A stretch of 21,162 bases of DNA from a bacterium (GTDB lineage: Bacteria; Sysuimicrobiota; Sysuimicrobiia; Sysuimicrobiales; Humicultoraceae), in the NCBI GenBank assembly GCA_041497675.1, contig JBGQGY010000062.1, forward strand, positions 1 through 21,162, in the 5' to 3' direction. Below are positions 9,434-17,363 of this stretch, one piece after another. The translations under genes were made by a program, and so were the position numbers. The first letter of the stretch is position 1, and every line of letters begins with the position of its first letter. The notes beneath the pieces are model-generated. The model saw only the letters and a program-made list of their open reading frames with translations. It had not been told where the DNA came from and did no database searches.

Positions 9434-10509
9434 TCCACCTGCGGCGGTTGTCGACACCCATCACCATCCTGCTGCTGCTCACCGCCTTCCCGGTCATTCA
9501 ACCCGGGCTTGCGGCCCAACAGCCCGCCGCTCGACATCCCGCGGTCAGGCGTGAGGTCGGGCCGGTCTCGGCCATCTTGATCGATGTCCGGACGGGTCAG
9601 GTGCTCGACGCACGAGACGAGCACAAGCGCATGGCGCCGGCGTCGACGACCAAGATGCTGACCGCCATCTTGGCTATCGAGCGCTTCCCCCTCGACACGC
9701 CGGTGACGATCAGCGCCCGCGCCGCCGCGCAGCGCAGCGGATCCGCCATCGGTCTCGAAGCCGGCAGCCAATGGTCGGTCGGCGACCTCCTGCACGCGAT
9801 GCTGCTCCGGTCGGCCAACGACGCGGCGGTCGCGGTGGCCGAAGCCTACTCCGGTAGTGTTGAGGCGTTCGCCGAGGAGATGAACCGCAAGGCACAACGC
9901 ATCGGCGCCCGCGACAGCCACTTCGTCAACCCGCACGGGCTCAATGCGCCGGATCATTACAGCACCGCCTATGACCTCGCGCTGATCGCACGCTACGGCC
10001 TGCAGCTCCCCGTCTTCGCGTCGCTGGTCCGGCAGCAGACCTGGCGCGAATTCTCGAACACCAACAGGCTCCTGGTGAAGTATGAAGGCGCCGACGGTGT
10101 GAAGACGGGATGGACGGCCGCCGCCGGACACTGCCTGGTGGCGTCGGCCACGCGCGACGGCTGGCAATTACTCGCGGTGGTGCTCAACAGCCGCACGATG
10201 TACCGCGACGTCGGGCAACTGCTCGATCATGGGTTCGAGGCGTTTGCCCCGGTGAAACTGGCCGGTCGCGGCGATCCGTTGGTCACCCTCAATACGGACC
10301 GCTGGCGGAGCAACGTGGTCGGCGTCGTGCCGAGTGATGTGGTGGCCGTCGTGCGGCGCGGCGCCGCGGTCAGCTCGCAAATCCGCCTGCGGTCCGACCT
10401 CCGACCGCCGGTCGCCCCCGGCGCACCGGTCGGTGAGGTCATCTTCTTTGCCGGGCAGGCGGTGGTGGCGCGGTCGGCGCTCATCGCCGCGGCGCCCAAG
10501 ATCCGCTAG
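9430..10509 (+). CDS. D-alanyl-D-alanine carboxypeptidase (peptidase S11, DacB/DacF-like)
   Basis: Signal peptide; SxxK (PASTTK), SxN (SANDAA), NPHGL, KTG (GVKTGWT); PBP5-like C-terminal domain. Confidence 0.92.
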   Translation: MIHLRRLSTPITILLLLTAFPVIQPGLAAQQPAARHPAVRREVGPVSAILIDVRTGQVLDARDEHKRMAPASTTKMLTAILAIERFPLDTPVTISARAAAQRSGSAIGLEAGSQWSVGDLLHAMLLRSANDAAVAVAEAYSGSVEAFAEEMNRKAQRIGARDSHFVNPHGLNAPDHYSTAYDLALIARYGLQLPVFASLVRQQTWREFSNTNRLLVKYEGADGVKTGWTAAAGHCLVASATRDGWQLLAVVLNSRTMYRDVGQLLDHGFEAFAPVKLAGRGDPLVTLNTDRWRSNVVGVVPSDVVAVVRRGAAVSSQIRLRSDLRPPVAPGAPVGEVIFFAGQAVVARSALIAAAPKIR

Positions 10510-10525
10510 ACCCTCTCGAGTCTTC

Positions 10526-11095
10526 GTGAAGATTGAACGCGAGCGGTGGGAGGAACGCTACCGGTCCGGCGTTCGACCACACGATGGGATGCCGTCGAGC
10601 CTGCTGCGACGGTGGTTGCCGCGCCTGCCTCGGGGCCGCGCCTTGGACGTGGCGACTGGGCTCGGGCGCAACGCGCTGTGTCTGGCCAAAGCGGGGTACA
10701 CGGTCGACGCGATCGACGTGTCGCCAACCGGTCTGCGGATCGCCGAGACGCGCGCCAGGCGCCGCCGCCTGCGCGTGCGATGGATCGAAGCGGATCTCGA
10801 CACCTACCGGTTGCCGCGCGCACGGTATGCCGTGGTCGTCAACGCGTTTTTTCTCAAACCCGGTCTCTGGCGCGCGCTCAAGGCGTCGGTGCGCCCCGGC
10901 GGCGTCCTGATCTTCGAAACACATCTCGAGAGCGCCACCCCCGACGGCGGTCCCTCGCGGACTTCGCGCCTCCGCCGGGGGGAGCTGAGGAGGCAATTCG
11001 TGAACTGGGACGTGCTCGACCTCGAGGAGGGAGTCTTCCACGAGGGAGGCCGCACGTGGTTGATCGGCAGGATCGTGGCTCGCCGGCCGCGCTGA
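10526..11095 (+). CDS. Class I SAM-dependent methyltransferase (TehB-like)
   Basis: WEERY N-terminus, motif I ALDVATGLGRNA, VDAIDVS, EADL, VRPGGVLIFE; GTG 10526 chosen because the longer ORF overlaps the dac gene. Confidence 0.85.
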   Translation: MKIERERWEERYRSGVRPHDGMPSSLLRRWLPRLPRGRALDVATGLGRNALCLAKAGYTVDAIDVSPTGLRIAETRARRRRLRVRWIEADLDTYRLPRARYAVVVNAFFLKPGLWRALKASVRPGGVLIFETHLESATPDGGPSRTSRLRRGELRRQFVNWDVLDLEEGVFHEGGRTWLIGRIVARRPR

Positions 11096-11946
11096 TTGCG
11101 GCCGTCATCACCGCACTGCTGCTGGCGGGGGCGGTGTGGCCCGCATCCGGCGCCCCGGCATTTCCCGTTACCGTCCGCGACGCCGCCGGCAGGGACATCC
11201 TCATCCCGACCCTGCCGCGCCGTATCGTTTCACTGACGCCGAGCGTCACCGAGATCTTGTTCGCGTTGGACCTCGAGGGTGAACTCGTCGGGGTCAGCGA
11301 TGCCGACGATTACCCGCCGGGCCGGATCACCCTCAAACCCCGCGTCGGTGGGGTCGTGATCAACATCGAGCGGGTGGTGGCGCTGCGCCCGGATCTCGTC
11401 ATCGGCATGCTGAGCCTGCAGCGCGACCAACTCGCGCGGCTCGAAGCCGCGCGGCTCCGAGTGCTCGCCGTCGACGCGGCGTCTGCGGACGACACGCTGG
11501 CCCAGATCCGCCTGTTGGGACGCGCCACCGGCCGCGTACGGCAGTCCGAGGCGGTCGCCAGTCGGCTTGTGCACGACCTCGCCGCGGCCCGCCCGACCGT
11601 GAGACGTTCTGTGTACATCGAGGTCTGGAGCGAACCGCCGATCGCCGCGGCGGCCGGCACGCTTGTTGATGATCTGGTCGCGCGCGCGGGTGGGGTCAAT
11701 GTCTTCGCGGATCTTCGGGGCTATCCTCAAGTGTCCGCCGAAGCCGTCGTCGCCCGAGATCCCCAAGTCATCTTCTTGCTCTACCCGCAGAGCGCGGGGT
11801 TTTCTCAACGCCCCGCGTGGCAGACCATCGACGCCGTCCGCGCCCGCCGGGTTCAGTCGTTGCCGGCCTCGCTGGTCTCCCGGCCGGGTCCACGCATCGG
11901 GCAGGGTCTGGCGCTGATCTCGCGCGCGCTGCAGGGATCCCGTTGA
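11056..11946 (+). CDS. btuF: Cobalamin/iron-siderophore ABC substrate-binding protein (BtuF-like)
   Basis: GGGAGG RBS at 11044-11049 before GTG 11056; signal peptide; FPVTVRDAAGR, RIVSLTPSVTEILFAL, ERVVALRPDLV, AGGVNVF, SRPGPRI. Confidence 0.82.
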   Translation: MVDRQDRGSPAALIAAVITALLLAGAVWPASGAPAFPVTVRDAAGRDILIPTLPRRIVSLTPSVTEILFALDLEGELVGVSDADDYPPGRITLKPRVGGVVINIERVVALRPDLVIGMLSLQRDQLARLEAARLRVLAVDAASADDTLAQIRLLGRATGRVRQSEAVASRLVHDLAAARPTVRRSVYIEVWSEPPIAAAAGTLVDDLVARAGGVNVFADLRGYPQVSAEAVVARDPQVIFLLYPQSAGFSQRPAWQTIDAVRARRVQSLPASLVSRPGPRIGQGLALISRALQGSR

Positions 11947-12693
11947 ATGTCCGCTGATCCCAGCATCACGCTTGAGGGCCTGACCTGTCAGTTCGGCGCC
12001 ATCCGGGCATTAGACGGGATCACCCTGTCGATCGGCGCGGCGACCCTGCACGGGCTGGTGGGTCCCAACGGTTCGGGCAAGACGACGCTGTTGCGGGCCA
12101 TCGCGGGTGTGGTCCCGCCGGCCGCGGGTCGGGTGCTGGTGGAGGGACTGCAGCCGCACCTGGCGGCGGCGCCCGTGCTGGCGCGCCGGATGGCGGTGTT
12201 GCCACAGCACCCTGTCGCGCCGCTCGGCGTCACGGTGAGAGAAGCGGTGAGCTGGGGGCGGATCCCGCACCTCCGCCGGCTGGCCGCGGCGGGACCCGAC
12301 GATCTACGCGCCATCGACCGCGCCTTGGAGGCCACGGGCGTACGGGACCTCGACGGGCGATCGGTGGAGACCCTGAGCGGCGGTGAGCGCCAGCGGGCCC
12401 TCATCGCGCGCGCGCTGGCGCAGGAGCCCCGCATCCTGCTCCTCGACGAACCCACCGCACACCTGGATGTGGTCCATCAGGTCGAGGTGATGGCGGTGCT
12501 CCGGCGTCTCGCCCATGACGGTCTGACCGTCGTCGTGGCGCTCCACGATCTGCGGCTGGCGGCCGACTATTGCGACCTGGTCACGCTGCTGGCCCGCGGG
12601 CGGCTGCTCGCGTCCGGGGCAGCTACAGACGTCCTGACGGCCAATCTGGTCCGCGAGGCCTACGGGGACGCCGCGGTGAGCCGAGGGTCATAG
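11947..12693 (+). CDS. Cobalamin/Fe-siderophore ABC transporter ATP-binding protein (BtuD/FepC-like)
   Basis: GPNGSGKTT, LSGGERQRALIARALAQEP, LLLDEPTAHLD, ALHDL. Confidence 0.9.
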   Translation: MSADPSITLEGLTCQFGAIRALDGITLSIGAATLHGLVGPNGSGKTTLLRAIAGVVPPAAGRVLVEGLQPHLAAAPVLARRMAVLPQHPVAPLGVTVREAVSWGRIPHLRRLAAAGPDDLRAIDRALEATGVRDLDGRSVETLSGGERQRALIARALAQEPRILLLDEPTAHLDVVHQVEVMAVLRRLAHDGLTVVVALHDLRLAADYCDLVTLLARGRLLASGAATDVLTANLVREAYGDAAVSRGS

Positions 12694-12743
12694 GAAGCGC
12701 GTGGCACGACCGGCGAAGTAGGGAGGACGCGCGGGGGTCGTCT

Positions 12744-13427
12744 ATGGTCCAGCGAAAACCCGTGGTAGCAATCGACGGGCCGATGGGAGCCGGAAAATCT
12801 ACCGTTGCCAAGGCGCTGGCTCAGCGGCTGGGATTTGGCTACGTCGACACCGGCGCCATGTATCGATCGGTCGCGCTGATGTGCGCGAGACGGGGCATGG
12901 ATATGTACGACGCCGACGCCGTGACCCGGTTGGCGCAGACCCTGCTGATTGAATTCCGGCCGGGGCCGTCCGGGGATCGGGTCATCGTCAACGGTGAGGA
13001 CGTGACCGAAGCCATCAGAGAACCGAGCGTCAGCGATGGCGCGTCGATCATCAGTACCATCCCGCGCGTACGCGAGGCACTGGTCGCCCGGCAGCGGGAG
13101 TTGGGACGAGAGGGGGGGGTGGTGATGGAAGGTCGTGACATCGGGACCGTCGTGTTTCCAGACGCCGAGGTCAAGGTTTTCCTCAACGCGTCCCCGGAGG
13201 CGCGCGCCCGTCGACGCTACGATGAACTGCGGGCTCGGGGCGCGCAGGTGACACTGGAGGAGATCATGCGGGCCCAGGCCGAGCGCGATCAGCGTGACGC
13301 CACGCGAGCGCAGTCACCCATGCGGCCCGCCACCGACGCCGTGGTAATCGACTCAACGGTGTTGAACGTGGACCAGGTCGTCGACGAGCTCGTCCGTCTC
13401 GTCCGGGAGCGCACGGGTGTGGTATAG
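12744..13427 (+). CDS. cmk: Cytidylate kinase
   Basis: VAIDGPMGAGKSTVAK, VDTGAMYR, VMEGRDIGTVVFPDA, RDQRD. Confidence 0.96.
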   Translation: MVQRKPVVAIDGPMGAGKSTVAKALAQRLGFGYVDTGAMYRSVALMCARRGMDMYDADAVTRLAQTLLIEFRPGPSGDRVIVNGEDVTEAIREPSVSDGASIISTIPRVREALVARQRELGREGGVVMEGRDIGTVVFPDAEVKVFLNASPEARARRRYDELRARGAQVTLEEIMRAQAERDQRDATRAQSPMRPATDAVVIDSTVLNVDQVVDELVRLVRERTGVV

Positions 13428-14082
13428 GTTCTGGAGGGGTCTGCTGTGGATCGCCTTCCGGCTGGGGTTTTGGCTCCGCGTGGACGGCCGCGAGCACGAA
13501 CCGGCCCACGGCGCCGTGCTGGCGATCTGCAACCACGTCAGCGCCGTCGATCCGCCGATCGCCGGATGCGCGCTGCGCCGGCAGGCCAGGTACATGGCCA
13601 AACACGAACTCCTCGACACCCCGGTCCTCGGCTGGCTGCTGTGGTCCATCGGCGTCTATCCGGTGCGGAGAGGAGAGCCGGATCGGCGGGCCATCCGCAC
13701 GACCATCGACTGCCTCACCCGTGGAGATCTGGTCGTGATGTTCCCCGAAGGCACGCGGAGCCCTGACGGGCGCCTGATGACGGCCGAGCACGGCGCGGCC
13801 CTGGTGGCGCTTCGGGTAGGCGTGCCGGTGCTGCCAATGGCGGTCATTGGCTCGCAGCACGCGATGCCGAAGGGCGCGAAGTTCCCGCGGCGGGCGCAGG
13901 TCACCGTCCGGATCGGACCGGTGCTCATGGTGCCGAAGGTCGAAGGGCGCATCGATCGCGCGACGCTCGAAGCCTGGGGTGCGCGGTTCATGGCGGCGAT
14001 CGCCGCGCTGCTGCCTGCGGATCAACAGCCGGTGCCGGCGGCGGACTCTACGGGACTTCCTCTTCCCAGCGGTACATCGTGA
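13417..14082 (+). CDS. plsC: 1-acyl-sn-glycerol-3-phosphate acyltransferase
   Basis: HX4D motif NHVSAVD, MAKHEL, PVRRGE, FPEGTRS; classic cmk-plsC adjacency. Confidence 0.92.
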   Translation: MWYRFWRGLLWIAFRLGFWLRVDGREHEPAHGAVLAICNHVSAVDPPIAGCALRRQARYMAKHELLDTPVLGWLLWSIGVYPVRRGEPDRRAIRTTIDCLTRGDLVVMFPEGTRSPDGRLMTAEHGAALVALRVGVPVLPMAVIGSQHAMPKGAKFPRRAQVTVRIGPVLMVPKVEGRIDRATLEAWGARFMAAIAALLPADQQPVPAADSTGLPLPSGTS

Positions 14083-14566
14083 CTCTCAACGGGTAACGGT
14101 ACAGGTTGGGCGCCACACCGTCGTACACGATATCCACTTCGGCCAGCACCGCGCGGTTCTGCATCACGGTGTAGGTGCTGTCGGGGTTGTAGCGGCGCAG
14201 CTCGCCGGTGGAGCGGATGCGCCAGCGGCGCGCCGATGGGGTGCCGGCGCAGTTCAACAGACAGGTCAGCGAGGTCGCAAACCAACGGGTCTGATCGACG
14301 GTCACCGGGTAGTTGGTGTACGCGATCGGTCCCGCATCCTTGTTGTTCTTCAGCAGATAGATCTGGTGCTCGACGCCGGCCTGGGCCAGATAGAGCGCAA
14401 TCGCATCCTGCCGGGTGAGTTGGCCCATCTGCAACTCGGCGATGACCTGCTGCGTGATCCCGGCGACGAGCAACGCCAGGATCAGCGCGACAACCAGCGC
14501 CATGACGAGCGCGACGCCGCGCTCGTCGTTATGGAGCCTGCCGGTACGCGCGCGACGTGAGCACAA
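14048..14566 (-). CDS. PilX/GspK-like minor pilin
   Basis: Class III signal ERG|VALVMALVV lacking Glu5; A.YLAQAGVEH motif typical of PilX N-terminal domains; last gene of the pilin run; TTG start uncertain. Confidence 0.78.
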   Translation of the reverse strand: MCSRRARTGRLHNDERGVALVMALVVALILALLVAGITQQVIAELQMGQLTRQDAIALYLAQAGVEHQIYLLKNNKDAGPIAYTNYPVTVDQTRWFATSLTCLLNCAGTPSARRWRIRSTGELRRYNPDSTYTVMQNRAVLAEVDIVYDGVAPNLYRYPLRVTMYRWEEEVP

Positions 14567-16025
14567 TGTCGGCGACCCCTCCCGTAGGATCCATCACCAC
14601 GAGCGTGATCTCGACCGACCGCACCGCGGCGGCCGGCGCGCAGGCGACGCTCGTTCCAACCGCGTTGTAACACTGAACAGCCATTGAACGGAAGGAACCG
14701 GCCAAGGATTCAAGGACGTCAACGCGTGCACCGTTTTCCTCAGCGCCGACAACAGTTATAGGTTCGGGATCGACGCGCAGCCGGATGATCACCGTCCGGT
14801 GGCGATGCGTCTGGGATACCGCCAGACCATCCACCAGACCGTAGTGCAAACCCGACGCCGCGCCCGCGTGGGTCCCGGTGACCATCCAGGCAGGCTCCGC
14901 CGCACCCACCGCCCAATATTTCGCGCTGAGCGTCGTGCCCACCAGCATCGATCGGCCATAGTAGTCCGCACCGGGAGTGAGTGTGTTCCCGGTGCCGGTC
15001 TGCACGACGACGCTGCCCGCATCGCTCCACGACGTCACATACTTGATGCGCAGCCGATCGTTGGTAGCCTCGGCGGGCGTCACGACGTAGCCGAGCCCCA
15101 CGTCACTGCGCCGTGCGCTCATGCCGACCTGGTGGCGGTTGTTATTGACCGCGGGCGAATCGCTTCGAAATCCCCAGAAGATTTCGACGTTGCCGTGGGT
15201 GAGCGGCTTGCTCAATTCCCGATAGCAGGACGCGGTGGTGGCCGTGAACAGGAATCCGTCGATCGAGGTCGCGTAGGTGCCGCTGCAGGCATCGCGCCGC
15301 GTCCAGCCCGCGAGCGTCGAGCCGTCCTCGTAGTCCAGAAAGACGTAGTCGCCGTTGGCCGGCGGCGTACCGGCCGAGAGGTCTCCGTAGTGCACGTAGT
15401 AGTTGTTGTTCGAACCCCCGGCCGCGATCGGCGCCCGGACGGCAAACCACAGCCGCGTCGTGGTCGTGTTCCATGCCGTTAGAACGTCCTTCACCCGGTC
15501 GAGGTCGATCCATGCGCTCCCGTTCCAATACCGGATGCGGACGTCATCACCCGTAGGCAGGCTCTTGGCCGCCGTCACCAGCGCGGCGTGGTCAAATGTC
15601 AGCAACACAGAATACCCGACGGGGATCGCATTCGCCCCCGCGCTGACCGTGATTCGTCGGCGATAGGCGAAGTCGGCTGCCACCCTGTACTGCAGATCCC
15701 CGGCGACGTTCACCTGGTATTCAACCGTCCGCAGTGCCCCTGTGCCGTCGCCCTGCGCCTGCGTGAAGCGCAGCAGGGTTGGGCTGATGATTGCGAGCGA
15801 CTGCGCGGCGCGCAAATCTCTGACCATCTTATCCAGCGCGCGGCGACCATTCTGCAGCATGTCGACATGGTGATCGACCAGTGACCAGGACTGGCGACCG
15901 ATCTCCAGCAGCGGCACGAGGGTACCGAGGACCAGCACGAGCAGCGATGAGACCACCAGCAGTTCGATCATGGACGTGCCGCGCTCGGCGCGGCGGCGGG
16001 TCGGCCGGCGACGCCGGCACCGCAC
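14529..16025 (-). CDS. PilW/GspJ-like minor pilin with inserted DUF2341-like and lectin-like domains
   Basis: Arg-rich leader then ERG|TSMIELLVV; QNGRRALDKMVRDLRAA helix; C-terminal VRSVEITL strand; large beta-rich insert; start placed at GTG 16025. Confidence 0.75.
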   Translation of the reverse strand: MRCRRRRPTRRRAERGTSMIELLVVSSLLVLVLGTLVPLLEIGRQSWSLVDHHVDMLQNGRRALDKMVRDLRAAQSLAIISPTLLRFTQAQGDGTGALRTVEYQVNVAGDLQYRVAADFAYRRRITVSAGANAIPVGYSVLLTFDHAALVTAAKSLPTGDDVRIRYWNGSAWIDLDRVKDVLTAWNTTTTRLWFAVRAPIAAGGSNNNYYVHYGDLSAGTPPANGDYVFLDYEDGSTLAGWTRRDACSGTYATSIDGFLFTATTASCYRELSKPLTHGNVEIFWGFRSDSPAVNNNRHQVGMSARRSDVGLGYVVTPAEATNDRLRIKYVTSWSDAGSVVVQTGTGNTLTPGADYYGRSMLVGTTLSAKYWAVGAAEPAWMVTGTHAGAASGLHYGLVDGLAVSQTHRHRTVIIRLRVDPEPITVVGAEENGARVDVLESLAGSFRSMAVQCYNAVGTSVACAPAAAVRSVEITLVVMDPTGGVADIVLTSRAYRQAP

Positions 16026-16050
16026 CCTGACCCGAGAGGCGCAGACCGGT

Positions 16051-16461
16051 CTACGGCCGCGACGTGACTTTGGCATCGAACCGCATCTGGTTTTCGGCGG
16101 CGTCACACGCGCCGTTGGCGTTGCCGTCCTGGCAGGCGGTGAGGGCCATGGTCTTGAGCACCCCAACGCCGGTCGTCCCGCTGGACAGTTCCGTCGCGAT
16201 GGTCCACTCGAGCCGACAGGTCGGCAGGTCGGAACAGGTTTCGGCGCCAGAACCCACGCTGTTGATGTCGGCGCGCAGGCGGTTGGTGAGTTCTTCGAGC
16301 TTGCGAACCCCGGCCGCACCTAATCGCAGGTCCGCGTCAGACACTTGCGTGGGACCAAGCGAGCCGGGCAGCAGGACGAGCAAGGGGACTACAGCCACAC
16401 CGATGATGGCCATGGCCACGAGGACTTCGACCAACGTGAAGCCGTGCTCGACACGCCTCAT
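16051..16461 (-). CDS. PilV/GspI-like minor pilin
   Basis: HG|FTLVEVLVAMAIIGV prepilin motif; 136 aa; 4 Cys; start overlaps the upstream stop (ATGA). Confidence 0.85.
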   Translation of the reverse strand: MRRVEHGFTLVEVLVAMAIIGVAVVPLLVLLPGSLGPTQVSDADLRLGAAGVRKLEELTNRLRADINSVGSGAETCSDLPTCRLEWTIATELSSGTTGVGVLKTMALTACQDGNANGACDAAENQMRFDAKVTSRP

Positions 16462-16898
16462 GGACCCGTCACCGTCACGCGTCCGGTGGCCGCGATCACC
16501 TGCACGACGGCCGTGGAGCCACCCGATGTCAGCGTCACGCTTCCGCCGACGACCGCCGTCCCATCCGATCTGAACTGAAACTGCAGCTGCCCAGACACCG
16601 AGACCCCCGGATCAAAGGTCCTCGGGAAGTCGGGTTCCGCCGGCCCCCCCGATGCGTGCACCGAATATTGCGTGTAGGGCGCCGTGGTCGGGGACATCTC
16701 CAGCAGATACTCCACGTGTCTGGCGATGGCCAGCCGCTGGGCCAGCCTGAGATCGGCGGCCAGCTGACGCGCCGGCACCCGCACCACGATCGTCGTGGGC
16801 ACGACGACACGCGGGAACGCCATCAGCGCCAGGACGAACAATATCGCGCTGACCGCCAGCACTTCGGCGAATCCGAACCCCCGTTGACCGCGGCTCAT
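16458..16898 (-). CDS. FimT/GspH-like minor pilin
   Basis: RG|FGFAEVLAV prepilin motif; QLAADLRLAQRLAI helix; FRSDG and terminal TGRV typical of FimT/GspH. Confidence 0.83.
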   Translation of the reverse strand: MSRGQRGFGFAEVLAVSAILFVLALMAFPRVVVPTTIVVRVPARQLAADLRLAQRLAIARHVEYLLEMSPTTAPYTQYSVHASGGPAEPDFPRTFDPGVSVSGQLQFQFRSDGTAVVGGSVTLTSGGSTAVVQVIAATGRVTVTGP

Positions 16899-16913
16899 GC
16901 GAGCCCGCGCCTG

Positions 16914-16942
16914 ACGCCGGCGCTACCCGGTCTGGCCGGCGT
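16914..16942 (-). other. GC-rich stem-loop immediately downstream of the major pilin stop
   Basis: ACGCCGGC (16914-16921) / GCCGGCGT (16935-16942), perfect 8-bp stem, 13-nt loop, no U-tract. Confidence 0.55.
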
Positions 16943-17322
16943 TAGTGCCCCACACCGGTATCGTGGTTCACACCGCCCGCGCTCATCTGCACGCGGCAGA
17001 TCGCCGCGCTGTATGTGTTCACGTATGGCGTGGCTATCCCGTTGCGCGGGTCCGTCGGCGTCCCATCCGGAAAATACGTGGTGTTCCCCAGGAATGCCGT
17101 GAACGCGGCCGCGTCTGCCGGACAGCCGTTGTTCCGATATTGGTACAGCGCCAGCGCCGAGTTGATCGCGCGGACGTTGGCCATGTCCGCCGTACGGCGC
17201 GCATCTTGCTCCGCTCCAAAATAGTTCGGCAGGGCCACCGCGACGAGCACTCCAAGGATGAGGATCACCGCCAGCACTTCGACGAAGGTGTATCCATTTT
17301 CTGTTCCGTGCTTCCCGTCCAT
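16942..17322 (-). CDS. Probable major type IV pilin / pseudopilin (PilA/ComGC/GspG-like)
   Basis: NG|YTFVEVLAVILILGVLVAVALPNY; NVRAINSALALY..NGCP; one Cys pair; strong RBS GGGGAGGT; first pilin after pilC. Confidence 0.88.
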   Translation of the reverse strand: MDGKHGTENGYTFVEVLAVILILGVLVAVALPNYFGAEQDARRTADMANVRAINSALALYQYRNNGCPADAAAFTAFLGNTTYFPDGTPTDPRNGIATPYVNTYSAAICRVQMSAGGVNHDTGVGH

Positions 17323-17363
17323 CTTCTAGCACCTCCCCGTATTAGCTCTTGTACGCGCACTGC

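Noticed and set aside
8075..9457. 460-aa minus-strand ORF
   Set aside because: Antisense to scpA/scpB; low-complexity Ser/Arg content
10546..11055. Apparent 170-aa N-terminal extension of the BtuF-like protein
   Set aside because: Overlaps the methyltransferase in another frame; an RBS, GTG and signal peptide at 11056 define the real start
12702..12718. TGGCAC as a sigma54 -24 element before cmk
   Set aside because: No TTGC/GC at the required -12 spacing
16895..17332. 145-aa alternative ORF over the major pilin
   Set aside because: No prepilin motif; the 16942..17322 frame has the RBS and class III signal
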